Shown one piece after another: positions 17,919 to 27,695 of a DNA stretch of 64,000 nt. A program made the position numbers and the translations under genes. Source of the stretch: an uncultured Chlorobiota bacterium (lineage in GTDB: Bacteria; Bacteroidota; Ignavibacteria; UBA10030; UBA6906). Positions within the stretch are counted from its first letter, which is position 1. Each line of letters begins with the position of its first letter. The stretch spans positions 195,029 to 259,028 of the forward strand of contig CAADGV010000007.1 of NCBI GenBank assembly GCA_900696645.1. Reading direction: 5' to 3'. A model generated the notes under the pieces. The model had not been told where the DNA came from and ran no database searches. It was given only the letters and a program-made list of their open reading frames with translations.

Positions 17919-20900
17919 ATGATTCTGTTCCGAAGCATAACGCATCACCTGATCCCGAAAGGCACCTTCCCCTTCCTTTTCCTCCTCTCCTTTATTCCAA
18001 TTCTTGGCGCAGTCGGGCAAAGCCGCCAAATGAAATTCGACCAGATCACTGTTGAACACGGCCTGTCGAGTCTTACGCCATTTCACATCGTACAGGATCA
18101 GCAAGGTTTTCTCTGGATTGGAACGGAGGACGGTCTGAACCGGTACGACGGCTACGCGTTTGTTGTGTATCGCCCGGACCCGAAGGATTCAACAACACTC
18201 AGCAGAGGCTTGTGCAGCGGATTGGCTGTTTCGCGGGACGGAACTCTCTGGGTTGCAACCGAAACTGACATTCTCCACCGTTACGACCCGGACACTGATT
18301 CGTTTGTGCGCCACAAGGTTGTCGTGCCGCACGAAGTAAAAATCGACTACCGGCTGAGTCTCGGCCATATCAAGCCGGACGGCGATAGCACGTTATGGAT
18401 TGCTACAAATGCGGGTTTGTGCAAGTTCAACACGAAGTCATTTGAAAGCCGCTTCTTCACACATTACCCGGCCGATTCAGCTACATTGAGCATGAACACA
18501 CTCCGCACGCTCAGTCCGGAAGGAAATGACGTTATCTGGATTTCCTCGCCGAAAGGGCTGAACAGGTTCGACAAGCGAAGCGAAAAGGTTCAGCGATTTC
18601 AGTTCAACGCACCACCATTCAAGCCCGGCCATAACGATGTTCACGATGTTGCGGTAGATGCCGTAGGCACAGTCTGGGCCGCAACCTTTTCAGGATTGTT
18701 GCGGCTCGACACACAGACGGGGAAGTTCATTCCCTTCAGACAGAAAACAGCAAGGGGTCCCGATCTTGGAACAGAAGCGTTCGTCAACACGGTGTACGTT
18801 GATGACACGGGCATCGTGTGGGTAGGCGCGTTCAGGGATGGATTGTTTAGGTTTGATCCGTTCGCCGGACGATTTGCGCAACATCTTCACGATGCGGCGA
18901 ATCGCCGTTCGCTGAATGACGACAGAATTACGTGCATCTTTCAGGATCGATCGGATGTGTTGTGGGTTGGAACATATCGCGTAGGGCTGAACAAATACGA
19001 CAGGCGCCAGGATCAGTATGCACACTATCCGGCCAGCCGCGGTGTGTTTGCAGTTCGGGAGGATTCCTTCGGCGATATTTGGGTGGGGATGTTCGGCAAT
19101 GGAATTCGTATCTACGAAAAGAAATCGGGGAAGATGAGAGAATTCCTGCCAAATCCTTCAAAGCCCGGAGCCTTGCGCGGGCCGGAAATCTACTCGTTTG
19201 CCGAAGATCGTTCGGGTGACATGTGGATTGCGACAAACCTCGGCGTTGAACGATACGATCATGCAACGCAACAATTCAGGCAACATGAGTTGAATAGATT
19301 CTTACGGCGAGCCGCCACTGCTACAGTCAAGTGCCTGTTGATTGACAGCGACGGAGAGTTGTGGGCAGGTACGTTTGCGCCAAGCCTCTTAAGGTACAAC
19401 CCGAAGAGCGGAGCGATGACAGAATACAAACACAATCCCGGCAGTCCGAATTCCCTCATCGCCGGTGAAATCTGGACACTGTATCAGGATCGGGCGGGCA
19501 GAATCTGGGCCGGATCATTCAGCGGCGGCGTTTGCATGTTTGATAAGAAGGTAAACAGTTTTACTTCCTTTCAACACAACGAGGACGATCCGGCGAGTCT
19601 TCCGGTTCACGGTGTGTATGCAATCACGCAGGACGAAAGGGGATTTGTCTGGTTTGGCGGAGTCGGCGGCGGGCTGATACGATTCGATCTTGAATCGAAA
19701 AGCTACAAACAATATACGGTACGCGAAGGACTTGCGGACAATTTTGTCAAAACCGTGATTGTTGATGGAAGAGGAAATCTCTGGCTCGGCACCGACAAGG
19801 GAATTTCGATGTTCGACAAGAAGTCGGAAACATTCAAGAATCTGAAAGAGAAGGACGGCATTCTGGGCAACGTGTTTCTCTCGGGGTCGGCATTTCGAAG
19901 CGCGACAGGGATGCTGTACTTCGGCGGCGAGCGGGGTGTAACGGCGTTTCATCCCGACAGTCTTAAGCCGAAAGAATATAAACCTCCCGTGGTGTTGACG
20001 AGCTTCACAGTGTTTGAGAAACCGTTTCCGCTTGACAAATCCATCATGTTCCTGCCCGACATTGCATTGAAGCACGACGAGCATACGTTTTCATTCGAGT
20101 TCGTTGCACTCGACTATTCGCTTCCTGAAAGAAACGAATATGCGTACAAGCTTGAGGGACTTGACACCGCTTGGACCCGGGCAGGTACACGGCGTTATGC
20201 GAGCTACACACACATTCCCCCGGGTTCGTACACGTTCCGCGTACGCGGCTCGAATAGCGATGGAACCTGGAACGAAGACGGCGCATCTGTCCGGATAGTC
20301 ATTTCTCCACCTTTCTGGGATACGTGGTGGTTTAGAATTGCGGCTCTCATCTTTGTTGCCGGAGCCGGAACAGCTATCTACAACTATCGCGTGAACCGCC
20401 TGCTGGAAATCGAGCGGCTACGCGTACGGATCGCCAGCGATTTGCATGATGATATCGGCTCGTCTCTCACAAAAATCTCCCTGCAAAGCGAATTGATTCA
20501 AGAGGGATTTGAACCTGAGGAGAGGGAGAATTATCTCAGGAACATCGCCTCGATGAGCCGTGAGCTTGTTACATCCATGAGCGATATTGTCTGGTCAATT
20601 GATGCCCGCAACGATACAATTGAAAGTGTGCTTGATAAGATGAAGAGTTTTGCATCGAGCACACTTGCGGTAAAGGATATCGGCTTTAACTTTGCCCATT
20701 CCGGTCTCGATCTGAAGAAGAAGATTCCTGTTGATGTCCGGGAAAATCTGTACCTTATCTTCAAGGAAGCCATCAACAACATCGCCAAACATGCAGGCGC
20801 TTCTCACGTGAACGTCGTGTTGCGGAATGATGCCGACAGCTTTTCAATGGTTGTTGTTGATGATGGAAAAGGATGGGAAGGTACCGCACGCCCGAGCGGG

Positions 20901-21005
20901 CACGGGACAAAGAACATGAAGATGCGTGCCGAAAGGCTTGGCGGTACAATTGATTTTGTGAAGGATGAGGGGACGCGGGTTGCTTTGAAGGTCAAGAAAC
21001 TCTGA
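17919..21005 (+). CDS. Sensor histidine kinase: a periplasmic beta-propeller/Y_Y_Y repeat sensor, then a TM, then HisKA_3 and HATPase_c domains.
   Basis: Many repeats of the type GLxxFD...W(I/V)GT, a Y_Y_Y-like segment and one TM (WWFRIAALIFVAGAGTAIY). The H-box IASDLHDDIGSSLT is HisKA_3, and the G-boxes follow. Confidence 0.8.
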   Translation: MILFRSITHHLIPKGTFPFLFLLSFIPILGAVGQSRQMKFDQITVEHGLSSLTPFHIVQDQQGFLWIGTEDGLNRYDGYAFVVYRPDPKDSTTLSRGLCSGLAVSRDGTLWVATETDILHRYDPDTDSFVRHKVVVPHEVKIDYRLSLGHIKPDGDSTLWIATNAGLCKFNTKSFESRFFTHYPADSATLSMNTLRTLSPEGNDVIWISSPKGLNRFDKRSEKVQRFQFNAPPFKPGHNDVHDVAVDAVGTVWAATFSGLLRLDTQTGKFIPFRQKTARGPDLGTEAFVNTVYVDDTGIVWVGAFRDGLFRFDPFAGRFAQHLHDAANRRSLNDDRITCIFQDRSDVLWVGTYRVGLNKYDRRQDQYAHYPASRGVFAVREDSFGDIWVGMFGNGIRIYEKKSGKMREFLPNPSKPGALRGPEIYSFAEDRSGDMWIATNLGVERYDHATQQFRQHELNRFLRRAATATVKCLLIDSDGELWAGTFAPSLLRYNPKSGAMTEYKHNPGSPNSLIAGEIWTLYQDRAGRIWAGSFSGGVCMFDKKVNSFTSFQHNEDDPASLPVHGVYAITQDERGFVWFGGVGGGLIRFDLESKSYKQYTVREGLADNFVKTVIVDGRGNLWLGTDKGISMFDKKSETFKNLKEKDGILGNVFLSGSAFRSATGMLYFGGERGVTAFHPDSLKPKEYKPPVVLTSFTVFEKPFPLDKSIMFLPDIALKHDEHTFSFEFVALDYSLPERNEYAYKLEGLDTAWTRAGTRRYASYTHIPPGSYTFRVRGSNSDGTWNEDGASVRIVISPPFWDTWWFRIAALIFVAGAGTAIYNYRVNRLLEIERLRVRIASDLHDDIGSSLTKISLQSELIQEGFEPEERENYLRNIASMSRELVTSMSDIVWSIDARNDTIESVLDKMKSFASSTLAVKDIGFNFAHSGLDLKKKIPVDVRENLYLIFKEAINNIAKHAGASHVNVVLRNDADSFSMVVVDDGKGWEGTARPSGHGTKNMKMRAERLGGTIDFVKDEGTRVALKVKKL

Positions 21006-21033
21006 GTTCTCTTCATATTTGCGGGCATTTTCC

Positions 21034-21052
21034 CCACATTCTCATGTAGTTA
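21034..21052 (+). promoter_or_regulatory. Conserved 16-19 nt motif CCACATTCTCATGTAG(T)TA, copy 1 of 2.
   Basis: It lies ~33 bp upstream of the response-regulator ATG. An identical 16-mer recurs at ~22758. Confidence 0.3.
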
Positions 21053-21084
21053 TCCAACTCGTTGATTTTTCGTAGTATAGTGAC

Positions 21085-21729
21085 ATGATAACAGTTGGGA
21101 TTGTCGAAGACGACAAAGACATACGAACAGGCATCCAGAAGTATCTGAGCCATCAAAAGGAATTTCTCTGCGAAGTGACGGGCGAGTCGGTTGAGGAGTT
21201 TCTCGCCAAAGCGAAGCAGGTGGAATTCCCTGAAGTGATCCTGAGTGACATCGGCCTGCCGGGCATGTCGGGCATAGACGGCATGCGTTTGATCAAAGAA
21301 GATCATCCCGAAACGGATATTATCATGCTGACTGTCTACAACGATTGGCAGAAGATTTTCGATTCGTTGCGGGCGGGCGCGTCAGGCTATCTCATCAAGA
21401 ATACGCCGCTGGCGGAAATCAAAAAGGCGATTGAGACGGTACGTGCAGGCGGCTCTGTGATGTCGCCTGAAATTGCCCGCAAGGTAATGGAACATTTCAA
21501 CTCACCAGCAACTCTTCAAGCTGAAAAATCGCAGCCCGAATCCATCCTCACTCCGAAAGAAAAGGAAATCGTCATCGGGTTGGTGGATGGGTTGAGCTAC
21601 AAGCTGCTTGCAGATCGGATGAATATTTCGATTGATACGATCCGGTTTCATATCAAGAACATCTACAAAAAACTCCACGTCAACTCCAAGGCGGAAGTGA
21701 TCAGCAAGTCGCTGCGCGGCGAGATTTAG
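21085..21729 (+). CDS. NarL/FixJ-family response regulator (REC + LuxR HTH).
   Basis: A REC domain with the acidic pocket (VEDDKD...LSDIGLPGMSG). The C-terminal LuxR HTH reads LTPKEKEIVIGLVDGLSYKLLADRMNISIDTIRFHIKNIYKKL. Confidence 0.85.
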   Translation: MITVGIVEDDKDIRTGIQKYLSHQKEFLCEVTGESVEEFLAKAKQVEFPEVILSDIGLPGMSGIDGMRLIKEDHPETDIIMLTVYNDWQKIFDSLRAGASGYLIKNTPLAEIKKAIETVRAGGSVMSPEIARKVMEHFNSPATLQAEKSQPESILTPKEKEIVIGLVDGLSYKLLADRMNISIDTIRFHIKNIYKKLHVNSKAEVISKSLRGEI

Positions 21730-21913
21730 CAGGTTGCTGAAAAACTACATAGGCTTGCCACAGAGACACTGAGGCACGGAGAAAATAAGATGAACAACGC
21801 AGGAAGCCTAAACTATTTGATTGTCGGCAATAACTCCCAAAGAGAACTCTGTGGCTCCGTGCCTCCGTGGCCAACGAAAATCGTTTTTTGTCATCCTGTT
21901 AGAAGGAGACGGG

Positions 21914-22699
21914 ATGGGGATTGATGTAGATGCGTACCTGCAAAGAATTAACCATAGCGGCAAACTCGACGTAGACATTGATACGCTGCGAGGACTCCAT
22001 CGGTCGCATATGATGGCTGTTCCGTTTGAGAATCTTGACATTCATACCGGAGCGGAAATCCTGCTGGATGAGAGCCGGTTGTTCGAGAAGATTGTTAACC
22101 GAAAGCGGGGCGGATTCTGTTACGAATTGAACGGGCTGTTTGCGGGACTTCTCCGGGAAATCGGGTTTGATGTTACGCTTTGCTCGGCACGGGTTTTTCA
22201 GGAAGATGCGCCGGGTCCGGAATACGATCACCTGACACTGATTGTGCATCTCGATGAGCCGTGGTTGGCAGACGTCGGGTTTGGTGATTCGTTCATCGAG
22301 CCGCTGAGAATGAACAGCGCGGCCGATCACATTCAGGACGGCATTGCCTATCGGCTCGATGGTGACGGTGAGGCTCTGACACTTTTTCGTCGGAGGCCCG
22401 CAAGCAACGATGAGCCTCAGTATATCTTCACCAACAAGCCCCGTTTGCTTTCCGAATTCTCAGGCATGTGTAAGTACCATCAATCCTCGCCGCTTTCTCA
22501 TTTCACCCGCAAACGCATCTGTTCGCTTGCGACGCCGGGTGGAAGAGTCACACTAAGCGACAACAAACTCATTGTTACCTCAAACGGCAACAGGACTGAA
22601 CGTGATCTCTCCGATTCCGAGTACGTCGTCACACTGAACGAGAAGTTTGGCGTTTTGCTGAACAGATCTTTTCTTTCCTCTTCCCGCACGCTGCCATAG
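21914..22699 (+). CDS. Arylamine N-acetyltransferase (NAT family).
   Basis: NAT motifs VPFENLDI and the catalytic Cys in RGGFCYELNGLFAGLL. The start was taken at the internal ATG (MGIDVDAYLQRI). Confidence 0.7.
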   Translation: MGIDVDAYLQRINHSGKLDVDIDTLRGLHRSHMMAVPFENLDIHTGAEILLDESRLFEKIVNRKRGGFCYELNGLFAGLLREIGFDVTLCSARVFQEDAPGPEYDHLTLIVHLDEPWLADVGFGDSFIEPLRMNSAADHIQDGIAYRLDGDGEALTLFRRRPASNDEPQYIFTNKPRLLSEFSGMCKYHQSSPLSHFTRKRICSLATPGGRVTLSDNKLIVTSNGNRTERDLSDSEYVVTLNEKFGVLLNRSFLSSSRTLP

Positions 22700-22757
22700 C
22701 ATCCGCTTTCTGCGACGTTTCTTCTCAGTTCATTCTCGCTTTTGCGCCTCAAAGCTA

Positions 22758-22776
22758 CCACATTCTCATGTAGGTA
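22758..22776 (+). promoter_or_regulatory. Conserved motif CCACATTCTCATGTAG(G)TA, copy 2 of 2.
   Basis: It lies ~135 bp upstream of the T9SS-cargo gene. It is identical over 16 nt to the copy at 21034. Confidence 0.3.
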
Positions 22777-22909
22777 GCATAGCGTATTCCTTCCCGTATC
22801 ACTTTTCACATTTCCTGCATTGATATGCGGTGGTTCCGACCGCTGCTGCAGGTTAGATTGAAAACATATCATATCACCAATCATCAACACTATTAGGAAA
22901 GGGTTCACC

Positions 22910-23971
22910 ATGAGATTAGCATCCGTTGTGGCGCTGTTTGTATTGTTCGGCTGGCTGTCGGAGAAGGCTGCCTCCCAGATTTCGATCGGGCCCGACAAGT
23001 TGCCCTCCGCGGGCGACGTGTTTATTGCACACCCGATGGACACGACAAGTGTCTTTGAGGGAACCGCCGGCGCAAACAAATCCTGGAATTTTGCGGGGCT
23101 TACCTCAAGCGCAATTCCCGAGACAATTCAATACGTCAACGCTTCGACAACTCCTTTTGCGCAACAGTTCCCGAATGCAAGTCTTGCCAGCGTTATCAAT
23201 GACGGCGGCTTTGTCACGTACGCGTATTTTTCAACGGCATCAAATAAGCTGACGCTTTATGGTTCAGCGGGCGAGGAGTTTATGATTCAGTATGACGATC
23301 CGGAAATCCAGATGTCAACTCCGTTGAACTTCAACGATCAGTACAGCGATCAATTCAGCGGCGCCATGACTGGTGAAGGCTTTATTGTACGAACAGGTGG
23401 CTCGTTGAATGTCATCAACGACAGCTACGGAACGTTGGTTCTGCCCGGCGGCGCATCGATGCCTGCGGCACGTGTCAAGTTCGTACGCCAGAATTTCGAT
23501 ACAACATTCGTCAACGGCATTCCGCTCATGACGTCATCCTTGACCATCACGTCGTATGAGTGGTTCATTGCTTCGGCGAAGTTTCCCGTTCTGCAGATTG
23601 CCTATTACGTGCAGGTAACAAACGGCAGCACAACGAGAATCAAGAAAGTCGATTACAATCCTTTTGCGCCGACAAGCGTTGACGAACGGAAGAAAGATGG
23701 TGTCGCCACAACGTTCAAGTTGGACCAGAACTTCCCGAATCCATTCAATCCGGCAACGACCATTGGCTTCCAGCTTCCGCAGTCGGGAAACGTCTCGCTG
23801 AAGGTGTACAACCTCCTCGGCCAGGAAGTGGCGACGTTGGTCGATGAGGAACTGAGCAGCGGTATCTATGCAATTCCGTTTGATGCGGGTAATCTTGCAA
23901 GCGGCACGTACGTATATCGTTTGCAGGTTGGCGATGCTGTTCAGACGAAGAAGTTGACGCTTCTGAAGTAG
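22910..23971 (+). CDS. Secreted protein with a C-terminal T9SS (Por) type-A sorting domain.
   Basis: There is a signal peptide. The C-terminal ~80 aa (KLDQNFPNPFNPATTIGFQLPQSGNVSLKVYNLLGQEVATLV...GTYVYRLQVGD) is a canonical T9SS CTD. Confidence 0.7.
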   Translation: MRLASVVALFVLFGWLSEKAASQISIGPDKLPSAGDVFIAHPMDTTSVFEGTAGANKSWNFAGLTSSAIPETIQYVNASTTPFAQQFPNASLASVINDGGFVTYAYFSTASNKLTLYGSAGEEFMIQYDDPEIQMSTPLNFNDQYSDQFSGAMTGEGFIVRTGGSLNVINDSYGTLVLPGGASMPAARVKFVRQNFDTTFVNGIPLMTSSLTITSYEWFIASAKFPVLQIAYYVQVTNGSTTRIKKVDYNPFAPTSVDERKKDGVATTFKLDQNFPNPFNPATTIGFQLPQSGNVSLKVYNLLGQEVATLVDEELSSGIYAIPFDAGNLASGTYVYRLQVGDAVQTKKLTLLK

Positions 23972-24040
23972 ATTCCGGTTCGGGTGCAGAACGACTGCAC
24001 CCGATCATCATCCCATTCAAACTCAAAAAGGAGACCAGTC

Positions 24041-26035
24041 GTGTACAGGTTGTTTGTGCAAGCAAGTCTGATGGCTGTGATGTTGCTGGTGGCGGGGTGT
24101 TCCAAGAATTCCGACAGCATGGTCGATCCGGGCAACGGCGGCAACGGCGGAAATAATGGAGGTGGAACGGTTACGGCTGAGCAACGCCGTGCCGCGGTTG
24201 ATTCTGTGATTGCGTTTGCAGAGTCGCTGACAGGCTCACCGGCGCAAGACAACGTACAGATTGTCGAGTTCGCCAGACGGCTCTCAGTGGTTGAGGCCGC
24301 AGGCATAGAGGGGGGGAATGCGTGGGCTCGGTTCAAAGACGGCAAGTTGTTGCTGATCGGGGGCTTTCGCCCGACTCTCGAAGGAGAAGGCCAGCAATTG
24401 GACCGTACCGCCGGATCACCCTCAATGACAACTTATCCATCGGCGGCCGTGCCGTTTTCCTCTAATGCTGTTACCGGCGTTCCCGATATGCCTGCCACGA
24501 ATCAGATCAGAATTCTGAACTCGCTCGGCCCCGCATTCGATCCCGTAACATTCGGAGACGGGTTTACTTCAACTGTTCAGGATTTGAAGGATTGGTTTTC
24601 GCATGATGTAGGCGGATACTTCATGCCGGGCACTGACAGGGCGGAAGTGAATGATCTGAAGGGTGCTTGGGGTGATGGCGTATTCTACATGAGTGCCCAC
24701 GGTGCGAAGGGGCGGCTGCGTGACGGTTCCGGTCTGTACGGAATCTGGACTTCAACGCCCGTTACTCCCACCAATGATATTCTGTACGCTAACGATCTTG
24801 ATAGCGGATACTTGTGCATCTATGCGGCTGTTCACGACCGGACGCCGATTCCCATCCCGGGTCGGGGACAGTGGGCAACGCATTACGCAATTACGCCGAA
24901 GTTCGTCCGCAAGTACATATCGTTTGCGCCGAACAGTTTCGTCTTCTTCAACGCCTGCCTGAGCGACGATGCGGACTTCAGGCAAGCCTGCATTGACAAA
25001 GGCGCGTCGTTGTATGCCGGATGGTCGAACTACGCCGACCCGACCTCGGCGCTCAAAACTGCCCGCTATCTGTACGACAGACTATTGGGAGTGAACAAGG
25101 CAATGCCGAGAGAGAATCCGCCGCAGCGTCCTTTTGAATGGGGTCTCTACTTCACCGACATGGCGGCAAAAGGTCTGGACAAGGCGAGTACGGCCGAACA
25201 CGGACTTTGCGAACTGAAGATGACACAAACGAACGGCGACTTCAGCTTTCTTGCGCCGAGCATTGTCGCGGTGAGTGCTTTTCAGATGGAGAAGGAGATT
25301 CACATAGGAGGAAGATTCGGTTCCGACCCCGGCCTTGCAGTTGAGATAACGCTCGGCGGCAGGCAGTTACAGATAAAGCGCTGGCGTCATGACAATGTCA
25401 TTTGCGAAGCCCCGATGCAAGGCGCCGGCTCGGCGGGCGACCTTCAGGTGAAGATACGTGGCCGGAAGAGCAACGTGTTCCAGATTACCGAGTGGCGCGG
25501 CGAATTCAACTACGTGCTTACCGGCCGCGGAACGCAGCGGGTTGAGGTGACACTCCAGCTCAATTTCCGCAGCAGTTTGAACAGGTACAGGCTTGAAGCC
25601 GGCAAGGCACCCGTAATCGGATCGATGAGGTTGGCAACATTGCTTGAATCTTCCGGCGCCACCTACTTTGCGAGCGGCAGCTATACAAGTCCGGGCGGCA
25701 GTTCGGAAACCTGGTCGGGCGGAGGCAGCATTGGGCTTCTTACTTTCCCCACGCAGCAAGTCGGTTTCGGCATGCCCGGTTCGTTCATCGATCTCGCAAC
25801 GGGTCATGCAGATTTGAATTTCGGATTGTCGGGCGTGACGTACACTTCCACTGTCAATAATCTCATGTTCAATATGCCGTTGACGATCGTAATGACGGGC
25901 CTCAGATTTCAAATCGATTCACAGAATAGAATTGTCGGCGGTTCGCACACCGTCCCGCTCGGCAATCATACAGCTACATTGACATGGTCAACAATATCTC
26001 CGCTGCACCCGCCCACGTCGGATTATGCGCGGTAG
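24041..26035 (+). CDS. Large lipoprotein, possibly with a clan-CD (caspase-like) cysteine peptidase fold.
   Basis: An RBS AAGGAG is followed 9 nt later by a GTG start. The lipobox is LLVAGCS, followed by a Gly-rich linker. A His-Gly/Ala-Cys dyad context is present (GVFYMSAHGA ... SFVFFNACLSD). Confidence 0.55.
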   Translation: MYRLFVQASLMAVMLLVAGCSKNSDSMVDPGNGGNGGNNGGGTVTAEQRRAAVDSVIAFAESLTGSPAQDNVQIVEFARRLSVVEAAGIEGGNAWARFKDGKLLLIGGFRPTLEGEGQQLDRTAGSPSMTTYPSAAVPFSSNAVTGVPDMPATNQIRILNSLGPAFDPVTFGDGFTSTVQDLKDWFSHDVGGYFMPGTDRAEVNDLKGAWGDGVFYMSAHGAKGRLRDGSGLYGIWTSTPVTPTNDILYANDLDSGYLCIYAAVHDRTPIPIPGRGQWATHYAITPKFVRKYISFAPNSFVFFNACLSDDADFRQACIDKGASLYAGWSNYADPTSALKTARYLYDRLLGVNKAMPRENPPQRPFEWGLYFTDMAAKGLDKASTAEHGLCELKMTQTNGDFSFLAPSIVAVSAFQMEKEIHIGGRFGSDPGLAVEITLGGRQLQIKRWRHDNVICEAPMQGAGSAGDLQVKIRGRKSNVFQITEWRGEFNYVLTGRGTQRVEVTLQLNFRSSLNRYRLEAGKAPVIGSMRLATLLESSGATYFASGSYTSPGGSSETWSGGGSIGLLTFPTQQVGFGMPGSFIDLATGHADLNFGLSGVTYTSTVNNLMFNMPLTIVMTGLRFQIDSQNRIVGGSHTVPLGNHTATLTWSTISPLHPPTSDYAR

Positions 26036-26074
26036 AAATCAACGAGTTCTATTCAAAGGGATAAATTTAGCGCT

Positions 26075-27562
26075 ATGAAACTCAGCATTATTCTTTTCAC
26101 AAATCTCTATCTGGCAGTAGCAGGCTTTGCACAGACCGGAGGCTACTACATCAGCCGGAAAGAAATCCTGCCCGAGTACGTTGTCACGGCTGAAACATTC
26201 TCCCTCTCCCTTCCATCAAACAGAGAGGATGTGAAGGCAATCGGAATGGGAAAGACCCAAAACGCCAACGGCAAAGGCTTCAACGCTATGATGTACAATC
26301 CGGCGCTGCTTGCAAACGAACAGATTCGGTTTGAACTCCCCGGTGTTTACGCCAGTCTGCCGACGAAGTCGTTTGATGCCATCAGTTTTCTTCGGGATAA
26401 TACGCATCAGTTCAAGACGGGAGAATTCATCAAATCTGTGAAGCAGGGATTGCGGGAGCTGAAAACTGCATCGAACGAACAGGAAGCGTTGGCGGCGTTG
26501 CGCAAGATTCAATCCGGCGCAAGGTTCGCCCATGAAATGCAGGAAGCATTGGGCGGTACGGATGAAAACCCGAAGACGCATGGCGTCAGCGTCATTCCGA
26601 GTCTCTCGGCACAAATCGGCAACTTCGGCGTCTCGTTGTACGGCGTTGCGCAATCGGGATTTCAGCTTGTCTCCGGCCCCTCGGTTGCGGAGTTGGCACG
26701 TGTGAAGATTCCTGACAGACTCGATCAACTGACGATCGAGGATTACATCTCGCTTGCCACAGCAGTTGAACCGCTGTTTGATGCAACGGGACAACTGAAT
26801 GAAGATGCATTGCCCGTTGTGTATTCCGTTTCGTATATCGACATCGTTGGTGCAGTCGGGTACGCAATCCCTGTGTCGGATGAGTTCTGCGTTGGGGCAA
26901 ACGTCAAGGTGTTGAACAGGCGCTTTTCGTCGAAGCGGGTTGCGGCCAACTATTTCGATAAGATTCTGAGTGAAGTCCGAAGCGACTTCAATACATCGAT
27001 TACAGGTGTCACGCTCGACCTCGGAGCTTTATACAAGTCTCCGACGGGCACGCACGGGGGCATTTCAGTCCAGAATCTCATTCCAATGAAAACGCTGACT
27101 TCGAACATGAACGTCCGGCGTGTGCAAACGGGGATCCTCGACTACGACAGGGATCAGTTCGGAAACATCATTGTCACGAACGGCGACACGGCGTTGGTTG
27201 CAGGCGAGCAGAAAGTGCGGGTGATTGTCCCCATCGAGCTGAAATCACCTCTCGTCGTGAATGTCGGGATGATGCACCCGCTGACGGAAAACTGGGATGT
27301 TGCGCTTGATGTTGCCGATGTTGCAGCACAGGATGATTTGTTCGAGGATTATCTTCACCGCGTCAGAATAGGAACGGAATTCCGTCTTGACGCCGTGAAA
27401 GATAAGTTGGGTATCGCGTTCCGGGCCGGGCTTGCCGAGAAGCGTCCGACATTCGGCATCGGGCTGAATCTGTTCCGCTTTCTGCAGATCGACGGCGCAT
27501 TCGCGCATGATACATTCACGGACGAGAACTCCTATTTCGCGCAAGTGAAGCTCGGCTGGTAA
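26075..27562 (+). CDS. Outer-membrane beta-barrel protein (hypothetical).
   Basis: A signal peptide MKLSIILFTNLYLAVAGFAQ. There is alternating amphipathic beta character, and the C-terminus is aromatic (AQVKLGW). Confidence 0.5.
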   Translation: MKLSIILFTNLYLAVAGFAQTGGYYISRKEILPEYVVTAETFSLSLPSNREDVKAIGMGKTQNANGKGFNAMMYNPALLANEQIRFELPGVYASLPTKSFDAISFLRDNTHQFKTGEFIKSVKQGLRELKTASNEQEALAALRKIQSGARFAHEMQEALGGTDENPKTHGVSVIPSLSAQIGNFGVSLYGVAQSGFQLVSGPSVAELARVKIPDRLDQLTIEDYISLATAVEPLFDATGQLNEDALPVVYSVSYIDIVGAVGYAIPVSDEFCVGANVKVLNRRFSSKRVAANYFDKILSEVRSDFNTSITGVTLDLGALYKSPTGTHGGISVQNLIPMKTLTSNMNVRRVQTGILDYDRDQFGNIIVTNGDTALVAGEQKVRVIVPIELKSPLVVNVGMMHPLTENWDVALDVADVAAQDDLFEDYLHRVRIGTEFRLDAVKDKLGIAFRAGLAEKRPTFGIGLNLFRFLQIDGAFAHDTFTDENSYFAQVKLGW

Positions 27563-27695
27563 ACACCACACGAAGATGCAGGAAGAGAGGCAGCGGAATA
27601 GTCGTACTACGTGGTATGGCCTACATTGAGATGTAGTAACCGAACGAGGGCAATTGAACTATCTTTATCATCAACAAAACATGAGGTACCAACCA

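Noticed and set aside
19515-20084. A 189-aa minus-strand ORF inside the sensor kinase gene. Similar antisense ORFs lie inside lon (32467-33216), xdhB (49941-51178) and the amidase (1213-1539).
   Set aside because: They lie antisense within strongly supported genes and have no independent coding evidence.
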